Virus record (IMG/VR): IMGVR_UViG_3300005403_000148 | Location: 1-30,862 of that record | DNA from: a virus | Taxonomy: Duplodnaviria > Caudoviricetes | Length of the DNA: 30,862 nucleotides | Reading direction: 5' to 3' (one strand) | Shown here: one piece after another, positions 1-7,139 of the stretch | Numbering within the stretch: the first letter of the stretch is position 1 | Layout of the letters: every line of letters starts with the position of its first letter | Translations under genes and position numbers: made by a program | Notes under the pieces: generated by a model | The model's input: only the letters and a program-made list of their open reading frames with translations | What the model was told of the DNA's origin: nothing | Databases searched by the model: none

Positions 1-7
1 GAGGGGG

Positions 8-57
8 CCTCCTGTTGGCGCGGGACGCGCCTTTTATGCGACCTATTTATTTTACCA
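8..57 (-). promoter_or_regulatory. Putative promoter (extended -10) and RBS of a host gene starting just left of the window
   Basis: Minus strand TGgTAAAAT (49-57), then AGGAGG (8-13) 7 nt before the window edge. Confidence 0.4.
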
Positions 58-116
58 TTTAGGGACCGGAGGGGAAGCCGGAAAACGCCCCGCCCAAGAT
101 CAGCCGGGGGAGGACA

Positions 117-263
117 AGAGCCTGTCTAAAATCTCCTTTCGTAACGAAAGCATCGATTTTGACGTGAGACGCAGCGGGCTGAGGCGCACGGGCCAGTAGG
201 ACCGCGAGATATCGGGACAAAAGCGGCGCTTACGGCAGAATACGGAGATTTTAGATGGGCTCT
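117..263. mobile_element. MITE-like non-autonomous element (~147 bp)
   Basis: Terminal inverted repeats AGAGCCTGTCTAAAATCTCC (117-136) and GGAGATTTTAGATGGGCTCT (244-263), 18/20 match, no ORF; CAA and TAA lie outside the GAG/CTC ends. Confidence 0.55.
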
Positions 264-308
264 AAGGCGGGAACGGGAGGAGTGGACGGAGGAGAAGCAA
301 TTTACGCC

Positions 309-337
309 TTGAGTGGGAGCGCCGTAAATTCTAAAAT
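309..337 (+). promoter_or_regulatory. Sigma70-type promoter of the tRNA gene
   Basis: TTGAGT (309-314), 17 bp spacer, TAAAAT (332-337), 9 nt upstream of the tRNA. Confidence 0.7.
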
Positions 338-1995
338 TAAAGGATTGGAGAGGTGGCCGAGTGGTTTATGGCGCCGGTCTTGAAAACCGGTGAAGTGGCA
401 ACACTTCCGTGGGTTCGAATCCCTCCCTCTCCGCCAGATTTTTTCATAGATATAACTGCATGCCGGGAGCCGGGGATACCCACGGTCACCGGCATGTAGT
501 ATTCTATGATCCCGCCGTCCTTATCCTTATCTACCTCAATCCGCTTTATCCAGCTATGCAGGAACGCCTTGGATTCCGTTATTCCACTGCGTTGCAGGAA
601 GTCTTGGACCTCCCGGACGTAGCTGTCTATCTCCGGGCCAGAAACCGCCAGTATATCGCGTTCTTGCCGCGCTTCCAGGCCTCGTAGCACTTCCTCCAAG
701 GCTGTTATCTGACCGCGCAAATCTTTAATTCTTGGTGCAAGGTCGGCTAATTCCATAAGCCCGGTTTCCAGCGCATTGTAGAGCTTGTGCAACCGCTTGT
801 TGGCGTCCACTATTTTCAGCTCCGCAGCCGCTATTTCGTCCTTAACCCCGCCTTTTGAGGCCAGTATCTCTTCGTTCACCACGGCTATCAGCTTGGCGAT
901 GTTTCTGGCGGTCAGCACGTTTTCCCGGAGCTTTTCTATCACCGCGTTTTCTAGCTTCTGCCGGTTGACGAAGCCATGCCCACATACCTCTTTCCCGCGC
1001 TTGAGGTAGTTCTGGCAGACGTAGTAGTGGAATTTGCCTGACTTGGCGGGAACGCCTATCATCTTCGCACCGCAATGCTTGCAATAGGCCATGCCGCTCA
1101 AAAGGTATTCGCTGACCGTTTCGCGCGGATGCATGACCTTCGGGGCGCGCTCCTTCATCATGGCTGCCACGCCTTCAAACGTCTCCTTGGGGACTATGGC
1201 CTCATGCGTGTTGGGGATGCGTATTATTACCTCGTCCGGATTTTTTGCATACTTGCCTTCGGTATGGTTATGCCGGTTGAAAATGTTTGTGCCGATATAG
1301 GCCTCGTTCCGCAGGATGTAATAAATCACCGTTATGCTCCAAGGCCGACCGTGTCTGGTCCGGAGGCCTTCAGCGTTGAGGGTTCTGGCAATTTCCTTTA
1401 AGCCGATGCCGCGAAGCGACATTTCGAACATGCGTTTCACCAGCACAGCTTCCGCAGGTTCCACGACCAGTTTGTTTTTAGGCGCACCGTTTACGGACAC
1501 CTTTTCCAGCTTGTAGCCATAGGGGGTGCTACCACCGTTGCGGTAGCCACGCGAGGCGTTTTCTTTTAGGCCGCGCATAGCGTCGCTGGCCAGATTGATT
1601 GAATAAAACTCGTCCACCGCCTCCAGCATCGCTTCCATCAGATGGCCGGAGGGACTGTTGTCTATCGGCTCGTTTATCGAGATAACATCTACACCGTGCT
1701 TTTTCAGCAGTTTTTTGTAAAGAATGGAATCTTCGCGGTTGCGGGCAAATCTTGAAAATTTCCAAACCAGTATGAGGTCAAACGCCTTGTTCTTGAGCTT
1801 GGCATCGCAAATCATCTCTTGGAACTTGGGACGGTCGGCGGAGCGCGCTGACTCGGCTTCGTCTATGTATTCAGCCGCTACGGGCCAGCCCTTCTTGTCG
1901 GCATACTCACGCAAAGCCTTCAACTGGGCAGGAATGGACAAATCCCTGTCTGCCTGCCCTTGTGAAGATACCCTTGCGTATAACGCCGCTTTCAT
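337..1995 (-). CDS. Large serine recombinase (phage integrase), 552 aa
   Basis: Resolvase motifs YARVSS and SRFAR, recombinase domain (PYGY, HEAIV), zinc ribbon CKHC...YYVC...C, coiled coil; RBS AGGAG. Confidence 0.96.
   Translation of the reverse strand: MKAALYARVSSQGQADRDLSIPAQLKALREYADKKGWPVAAEYIDEAESARSADRPKFQEMICDAKLKNKAFDLILVWKFSRFARNREDSILYKKLLKKHGVDVISINEPIDNSPSGHLMEAMLEAVDEFYSINLASDAMRGLKENASRGYRNGGSTPYGYKLEKVSVNGAPKNKLVVEPAEAVLVKRMFEMSLRGIGLKEIARTLNAEGLRTRHGRPWSITVIYYILRNEAYIGTNIFNRHNHTEGKYAKNPDEVIIRIPNTHEAIVPKETFEGVAAMMKERAPKVMHPRETVSEYLLSGMAYCKHCGAKMIGVPAKSGKFHYYVCQNYLKRGKEVCGHGFVNRQKLENAVIEKLRENVLTARNIAKLIAVVNEEILASKGGVKDEIAAAELKIVDANKRLHKLYNALETGLMELADLAPRIKDLRGQITALEEVLRGLEARQERDILAVSGPEIDSYVREVQDFLQRSGITESKAFLHSWIKRIEVDKDKDGGIIEYYMPVTVGIPGSRHAVISMKKSGGEGGIRTHGSVATSPVFKTGAINHSATSPIL
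347..436 (+). tRNA. tRNA-Ser (anticodon TGA), 90 nt; prophage integration site
   Basis: Acceptor stem GGAGAGG/CCTCTCC, discriminator G plus CCA, anticodon arm CCGGT-CTTGAAA-ACCGG, long variable arm GAAGTG-GCAA-CACTTC, T loop TTCGAAT. Confidence 0.97.
455..500 (+). terminator. Long hairpin 18 nt downstream of the tRNA, inside the integrase CDS; putative tRNA terminator or 3' structure
   Basis: ACTGCATGCCGG (455-466) pairs with CCGGCATGTAGT (489-500), with inner GCCG/CGGT and GGG/CCC stems; G-U pairs form only on the + strand; weak U tract. Confidence 0.5.
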
Positions 1996-2002
1996 AACGC
2001 TC

Positions 2003-2317
2003 CTATTTTGCAGCCCTGAAATATGCGACCAGAAGTTCCGCTACGACCGGCGTTCTGCCGCCGATATGCCAGTCCCTGTTGACTTTGGGGCCGGTCCCGG
2101 CCTTGTAGTCGTAAATAGTGAACGGCAGGCCGTTTATGCTGCCGGTCCATTCGGCTTGGATTTTGCCGTCTGCGGACAGACCCTGCTGCGGCTTGCCGAA
2201 CACGCGCACCAGCTCTTTGTAGGCCGTGCCGTCAGGCATGCGGCCCACGAACCCCGTTCCTACAAGGCCGGGGTCGCCCATCTTGACCTGCAGGTCCAGC
2301 GTGATTTTGGTTTTCAT
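2003..2317 (-). CDS. Hypothetical phage protein, 104 aa
   Basis: ATG at 2317 overlaps the upstream stop (ATGA); motifs FGKP, DGK...EW, TIYDYK, WHIGG resemble a phage hypothetical family (recollection). Confidence 0.8.
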   Translation of the reverse strand: MKTKITLDLQVKMGDPGLVGTGFVGRMPDGTAYKELVRVFGKPQQGLSADGKIQAEWTGSINGLPFTIYDYKAGTGPKVNRDWHIGGRTPVVAELLVAYFRAAK

Positions 2318-2589
2318 AACGAATACTCCGAGTGTTTGACTTCGCCGGTTTCGGCGTCCCGTATCGTGAAATAGCGCATATTGCTTGGCTTGAGGCCGTT
2401 TACGAACTGCTCCTCTATCGTGATGCTCCATTTGGCCTTCGGCAGGGCTTTGCGGACCGCCGCCAGTTTTTTGAGGGCAAGCGGTATGTAGTCCTCCGTC
2501 TTGCCGGTTACCGGCACGTCCTCGATGTACATTTCCGCGCCGTCCTGCTTGAGGCTCAGGTACCGCGACTTCAGCGTTTTGCCGTTCAT
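2314..2589 (-). CDS. Hypothetical protein, 91 aa
   Basis: ATG at 2589 with GGAGG RBS and ATGA coupling at both ends. Confidence 0.75.
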   Translation of the reverse strand: MNGKTLKSRYLSLKQDGAEMYIEDVPVTGKTEDYIPLALKKLAAVRKALPKAKWSITIEEQFVNGLKPSNMRYFTIRDAETGEVKHSEYSL

Positions 2590-2807
2590 ACGGGCCTCCG
2601 TTGTTTCGAGTATATGCGCCCGACCATCGTGTCGCCCTGCCAGATGTCTATGCGGGATATCCCCGGCAAAAAAGCTTTTTCTTTCGCCGCTCCGGTCGCG
2701 GCCTCTAGCGTTTTGTAGCTGCCCAGTTCCCGATGTATCGTGCAGTCCGTTTTCGTCTTCGGTATTATCGCTAGCAGCTCGAACCCCGCCTGTTTTTTCG
2801 TCTTCAT
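2586..2807 (-). CDS. Hypothetical protein, 73 aa
   Basis: ATG at 2807 preceded by GGGAGG; first gene after an intergenic region. Confidence 0.75.
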   Translation of the reverse strand: MKTKKQAGFELLAIIPKTKTDCTIHRELGSYKTLEAATGAAKEKAFLPGISRIDIWQGDTMVGRIYSKQRRPV

Positions 2808-2916
2808 AATGCCTCCCTTTCGTCCGGCCCTTTCTGCTGTCATCATGAACATACAATGACTTCGGCGATTAATCCAGTCCTTTCTGGAGGCCGTTTTACC
2901 GTCTGAGAAACAGCCC

Positions 2917-2945
2917 TTGACTTCATGCCGGAAACCCTTTATTTT
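2917..2945 (+). promoter_or_regulatory. Putative sigma70 promoter directed antisense to the lysis genes
   Basis: TTGACT (2917-2922), 17 bp spacer, TATTTT (2940-2945). Confidence 0.5.
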
Positions 2946-2946
2946 C

Positions 2947-3023
2947 TGCCCGCCCTGCCACTGGCGTGTCGCGAGGCTCTGACGCTTTCGCGACCGGTCC
3001 CGTAGTGACAGGACGGGCATTTT
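2947..3023. ncRNA. Long intergenic hairpin, candidate small RNA or processing site
   Basis: Outer arms 2947-2962 and 3004-3019 (14/16 complementary), inner GTCGCGA/TCGCGAC stem, TTTT at 3020-3023. Confidence 0.4.
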
Positions 3024-3028
3024 AACGC

Positions 3029-3346
3029 TCAGGCGAGCTGCGCCAGCCAGTCCTTGCCGACCAGTTTGTTGAGCGCGGCGATTACCGCGTCTATCGCCCA
3101 GCCGATAAGTATGCCTTCCACGCTCTCAGGCAGGAACGGGATGTCTATCAATGCGTTCAGGACGGCAACCGCCAATGCCTTCTTGTCCGAGCCTTTAAGG
3201 TCCTCGTCCTGCCCTACGCCCTCCACGAGCTTCACGACATCCGGCACGGCCTCAGCCGCGTCCTTGAGGCTTTTGACCGTCTTGATTTTGTCCTTCACCG
3301 CGCCCAGCTTGTCCAGCAGTTCCTGCGCCTTCTTTTCGTAGTCCAT
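3029..3346 (-). CDS. Hypothetical lysis-region protein, 105 aa (possible holin-like)
   Basis: ATG at 3346 with GGAGG; hydrophobic helical hairpin around DIPFLPE; lies downstream of the endolysin. Confidence 0.7.
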   Translation of the reverse strand: MDYEKKAQELLDKLGAVKDKIKTVKSLKDAAEAVPDVVKLVEGVGQDEDLKGSDKKALAVAVLNALIDIPFLPESVEGILIGWAIDAVIAALNKLVGKDWLAQLA

Positions 3347-3458
3347 AACGCCTCCGTTTTTTGAATAGCGGCAAATCAAAGCTCCAGCTTATCCGCCATT
3401 TCGTGTCGCCGCTTTTGCCGATGAGCAGCGACAAAATCTTCTCAACCCAGCCGGGCAT
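3252..3458 (-). CDS. Possible small overlapping lysis-region protein, 68 aa
   Basis: Fills the gap between the endolysin and the next gene, amphipathic N-terminus and basic patch, but overlaps the downstream gene by 95 nt. Confidence 0.35.
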   Translation of the reverse strand: MPGWVEKILSLLIGKSGDTKWRISWSFDLPLFKKRRRYGLRKEGAGTAGQAGRGEGQNQDGQKPQGRG

Positions 3459-3894
3459 ACGCGCCGTCCCTGAAGCCCAGCACCTCGCGCTTGCCGCCGG
3501 TGCTTGCGTGTATCCAGCGGTCGCCGCCGCGCCGCTCGTCTATAAGCTGCCCGAACGGGATGCCGGACTCATGCAAGAGCCAGTTAAATACGTCGTCTAT
3601 GCTCACGCCTTCCACATGGAAGTCGGCGGCCTGACCAAGCATGTGCTGGCTGTTCGCGCTACCGCCGACAGCGGTATTAAGCTCAAAGCACCGGAACCCG
3701 GAATGCACGATAACCGGCTTGCCGTAATGCGCCCTTACCGGCTCAAGGATTATCCGGCACAGGCCGGTAAGTTCGGCGGGATAGCAAAGTCCTTTCCGGT
3801 GGTTAAGTTCCTGAAACCCGGCGCGGTCGGTGCGCGTAAGCTCGAAGAACGTGAAATGCTCCGTCAGTTTGAAGTCGTTCATTTGCCGCTCCAT
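3442..3894 (-). CDS. Endolysin, peptidase M15A family (Zn D-Ala-D-Ala carboxypeptidase-like)
   Basis: Motifs HFTFFE, SGFRC..LN..VGG, SQHMLGQAAD, WIH. Start may be 3882. Confidence 0.92.
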   Translation of the reverse strand: MERQMNDFKLTEHFTFFELTRTDRAGFQELNHRKGLCYPAELTGLCRIILEPVRAHYGKPVIVHSGFRCFELNTAVGGSANSQHMLGQAADFHVEGVSIDDVFNWLLHESGIPFGQLIDERRGGDRWIHASTGGKREVLGFRDGAYARLG

Positions 3895-4127
3895 TTAAGT
3901 CCCAACTGGAACAGGGCGTTCACTGCAAGCGTTATGCCGCCGACTATCCATGAAATCTTGGTCTTGACGGCGCGAAGCTCCTCGGCAAGCCCGACCTGCC
4001 CGTTGCCGTTGACCGTATGTTCCAGCTTGGTTATGCGGGCCTTGTCGGCCTCGTATGCCTGCAGATGCGCGTCCTGCTTGGTTTCCATCCGCGCAAGCCG
4101 CTCTATGATTTCGTCTATCTTGCCCAT
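3879..4127 (-). CDS. Coiled-coil protein with C-terminal TM helix (XhlA/holin-like), 82 aa
   Basis: ATG at 4127 with GGAGGA; hydrophobic ISWIVGGITLAVNALFQLGL; directly upstream of the endolysin. Confidence 0.75.
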   Translation of the reverse strand: MGKIDEIIERLARMETKQDAHLQAYEADKARITKLEHTVNGNGQVGLAEELRAVKTKISWIVGGITLAVNALFQLGLKWSGK

Positions 4128-4128
4128 A

Positions 4129-6933
4129 TTAAGGTCCTCCTCCGCTGGTTTGCCCCTGCCATTGCCCGGCCTCCGTGCCCGTCGCCACGAACAGTTCATA
4201 CGGCGAATCGGACGACACCGCCATGCATGGCAGCGTTTCGCAGGCCAAAGTTTGCAGTTCGGCATGCGTCTTCGCGCCGTAGAACGCAGTACCGCCCAGC
4301 AACGCTATGCCAGAAACCGCGATGGTGGAAGTGTTAACGCCGGAGGCGGCGGTAATGGTGTCCGCCGAATAAACCGCACCGGTGTTGTCCACGGTAAACC
4401 GGACGGTCCCGCTGCTGATGAAGTTGACGAATTTGCCGGTGAACGAGCCGTTTATACCCATCTCGGCGTGATAAACGTCCGAGGATACGGCGTTTGCCGT
4501 GTACTGGTAGGTATCGTATATCGGCAAATCGGTCCCGTAGCCGGTCAGGTTGGCCCGGATATAGCGGACATGGCTGCTATTGGGGTCTTGGGTAAGACTG
4601 AGGCCCGCGCCGCCGTCATGCATGCTGCCGCCGTAGGCTGTTTTAGCACGCGCGGTTACGCCCATGCCATCGTTGTCCGAGCCTCTGGCGGCTATTGCGG
4701 TCTGGTTGGGGTAGGTGTTCTCGACATGAAGAACCGCGCCGAGCGGGATTGAAGCGTTGGTCGTGATATCCACGACATAGGCTTCCGGCACAGTCGTGCC
4801 GCCAATGCCCATATAAGTGAACATTCCCGTTCCGCCTTTTACGTTGTCAGCCGATATGTCCTTAGCCGTGACCGAGCTTTGGAAGGTCTGCGGCGCGGTG
4901 AAATTATTGTCCTGCCCCTTGTAGGCGACATTGCCCAGCGTGCCGGTGCTGTTTATATCCGCGCCGTTGAGCGTAATCGCGCCCGTAGCATTTAGCACGG
5001 TGAACTGTCCGGTTGTAGCCTGTGCCAGACCGGCGTAGACGGTCGCACCAGTCAGCAATCCAGCCTTCGCCGTCCCTTTGGCCTCGAAATCCGTCAGCAC
5101 GGTCACGGAGGACTGGAAGGTCTGCGTAGCCGTGAAGCCATTGTCCTGATTTTTGTAAGCCACGTTGCTCAGCGTCCCAGCGGCGTTGACATTCGAGCCG
5201 TTGAGTTGGATAGTGGACGTAGCGTTCATGACAGCGAACTGGCCTGTGGTCGCCTGCGCCAATGCCGCCTGAACCGTCGTTGACTGTAGCAATGAAACCT
5301 GCGCCGTAGTCGCCGACAACAGGTTGGCCTTGGCGGTGCCGCTTACGTCCAGTTCGGCCTGCGGGTTAGTTTTCCGGACGCCAACGAACCATGTCCCCGT
5401 GCTGACCGACAGTATCGGCAGGTTCTGTTGCGCCGTAGAGCTTACCCGCAGGGCATACGGATATTGCGCGTCCGCCACCACGTCCAGTTTAGCGGTAGGT
5501 TCCACCGTGCCAACATTTATGCCCACGCCGCCGGACTGGTTGAAAATGCTGTGCCTGCCGCCTTCCACTAGTATCTGGTCGGTTTTGGAATCCACGTTCC
5601 CGATATGCAGCCGGGCTTGCGGGTTTGACGTATGTATACCAAGCATGGTGTTCATCGTAGGCGTGCCCCATTCCATTGTTGGCACGGGAACATTCGCGGC
5701 GTTGTAGTCATAGCGGGCCACATGGTCGAAGCGTATCTCGTCCATGTAGCCGTAGAATCCCGCCGAAGTGTTGCCCCACCAGCCGCGCACGTCGGTCATG
5801 CCGCCGATATTTATAAACCCACTGGCGTATGTGGAGACTCCACTGGTGTTTGTATGCCCGGAACAGGCCAGCCGCACGCCGTCTATCCAGACCGTAGTCT
5901 TCCGCGAGTTGTAATGGTTGTATTGCAGGACGATATAATGCCATTCATTGGCGGTGAACCGTTGTGTTACCTCGCTGGATTGCGCCGTGCTGTAGCCTGA
6001 ATACCAGTCCCGTATGTGCATGGTGAAATATGGGCTATTACTGTTGTACCGCCACTCAAAGCTAAACCAGTTGTATTCATTCGGGACAGCTATCCAGTAG
6101 AAAAAGAATGCGTCGTCGTTGGATAAGCGTTTTGCCCAGAAGGTCAGCGTAAATTCAGCGGTGGGGTTGAACTTGTAATTGTCTGTCCACGACTGGCGCA
6201 GTCCGCGATAGAGCTGGAAGAATGCGGACCCGCCGCCGAAGCGGTACTCGCCGGAGTTTATTGTCGGGCTGCCGCCGCTTGACCCGCCCCACGCGCCGAG
6301 AGCGTCCGTGAAATTCGTGTTCAGGTTGAGATTCATTTTCGTGGTGGATGGGAACTGGAACGGCACGGACACGCCGGTCATCACCATATTGCCGTTATGC
6401 ACATTAAGCCGAGCCGTGGGCGCAATGCCGACGCCCAGCGCATTACTGAACGTGCCGGTGCTGCCGGTGAATGCGCCGGTTACATTGCCCGTGCCCTGAA
6501 CCGAAAGGTTTCCCTGCGACGTTATATTGCCGGTGATGGAAGCGTTGCCGCCTATATTCGCGTCCGCGCCGACGCTGGCGTTACCGCCTATCGCCGCGCT
6601 TGCGCCTATAGTAGCCGATTGCCCGACCGTAAGCGTATTGGTTACCGCTGCCATGCCAGCCTGAACCGTGGTCGCCTGAACATGGCTTGCTGCCACGGTG
6701 CCGGATTCAACCGTGTAGAAAGTGCCTTTGCCCGCAGGCCCGTCCAGCGTTATGGTGTAGCTGTCCGCCGTCTGCGAGCTTGCCGCCACGCCCCATTTGC
6801 CGGATATGTGCCCTTCCGCCGTGCCCGCAGTTTCGTCCGGCTTCACGCCGTAATACGGCGAGTTAGCCGCGACCGCCAAGGCCGCAAACCCGACTACAAG
6901 AACCGCTATTATTTTCAGCCTATGATTATCCAT
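4129..6933 (-). CDS. Tail-fibre/adhesin-like protein with LamG-like domain and N-terminal signal peptide, 934 aa
   Basis: Beta-strand repeats (VG..A.IGGN), GIG/P.A.L.V repeats, LamG-like motifs (FTLTFW, WHYIVL, WIDG, GYMDEIRF), last gene of the tail module. Confidence 0.8.
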   Translation of the reverse strand: MDNHRLKIIAVLVVGFAALAVAANSPYYGVKPDETAGTAEGHISGKWGVAASSQTADSYTITLDGPAGKGTFYTVESGTVAASHVQATTVQAGMAAVTNTLTVGQSATIGASAAIGGNASVGADANIGGNASITGNITSQGNLSVQGTGNVTGAFTGSTGTFSNALGVGIAPTARLNVHNGNMVMTGVSVPFQFPSTTKMNLNLNTNFTDALGAWGGSSGGSPTINSGEYRFGGGSAFFQLYRGLRQSWTDNYKFNPTAEFTLTFWAKRLSNDDAFFFYWIAVPNEYNWFSFEWRYNSNSPYFTMHIRDWYSGYSTAQSSEVTQRFTANEWHYIVLQYNHYNSRKTTVWIDGVRLACSGHTNTSGVSTYASGFINIGGMTDVRGWWGNTSAGFYGYMDEIRFDHVARYDYNAANVPVPTMEWGTPTMNTMLGIHTSNPQARLHIGNVDSKTDQILVEGGRHSIFNQSGGVGINVGTVEPTAKLDVVADAQYPYALRVSSTAQQNLPILSVSTGTWFVGVRKTNPQAELDVSGTAKANLLSATTAQVSLLQSTTVQAALAQATTGQFAVMNATSTIQLNGSNVNAAGTLSNVAYKNQDNGFTATQTFQSSVTVLTDFEAKGTAKAGLLTGATVYAGLAQATTGQFTVLNATGAITLNGADINSTGTLGNVAYKGQDNNFTAPQTFQSSVTAKDISADNVKGGTGMFTYMGIGGTTVPEAYVVDITTNASIPLGAVLHVENTYPNQTAIAARGSDNDGMGVTARAKTAYGGSMHDGGAGLSLTQDPNSSHVRYIRANLTGYGTDLPIYDTYQYTANAVSSDVYHAEMGINGSFTGKFVNFISSGTVRFTVDNTGAVYSADTITAASGVNTSTIAVSGIALLGGTAFYGAKTHAELQTLACETLPCMAVSSDSPYELFVATGTEAGQWQGQTSGGGP
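4864..5340 (-). repeat. Diverged intragenic tandem duplication of ~75-80 aa
   Basis: GTAKA.LL...LAQATTGQF...NAT...I.LNG...GTL.NVAYK.QDN.FTA.QTFQSSVT occurs twice. Confidence 0.85.
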
Positions 6934-7139
6934 CCGTTCGCCCCCAAGGAAGAATCCTTCGTGTAAAAGAAAAGTTGCTTCGTGTCCGTCGCCCAGTAAA
7001 GCTGCAAATCCTCCGGCGTGCCTTTAGCCGCCGACGCGCCGGACGCAATGCCCTTGCCGGAGGCCAGCCAATTTAGCCACGTCATCAGCTTCGTAGCGTC
7101 GGGCTTCTGCCCGTTTTCTATGTCAGCTGGTTTGGACAT
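6915..7139 (-). CDS. Small tail-associated hypothetical protein, 74 aa
   Basis: ATG at 7139 (MSKPADIENG) overlaps the upstream TGA, with GGAG RBS. The longer track ORF is a shadow of the Gly-rich gene. Confidence 0.75.
   Translation of the reverse strand: MSKPADIENGQKPDATKLMTWLNWLASGKGIASGASAAKGTPEDLQLYWATDTKQLFFYTKDSSLGANGWIIIG

Noticed and set aside
17-35. GGCGCG-GGA-CGCGCC-TTTT plus-strand terminator
   Set aside because: Short stem with a 3-nt loop and no visible upstream plus-strand gene; better read as leader of the divergent host gene.
347-436. Selenocysteine or suppressor tRNA
   Set aside because: The anticodon is TGA (reads UCA, Ser), not TCA; 7-bp acceptor stem and G discriminator fit tRNA-Ser.
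3361-4752. 463-aa plus-strand ORF
   Set aside because: Antisense shadow across several well-supported minus-strand genes, with no recognisable motifs.
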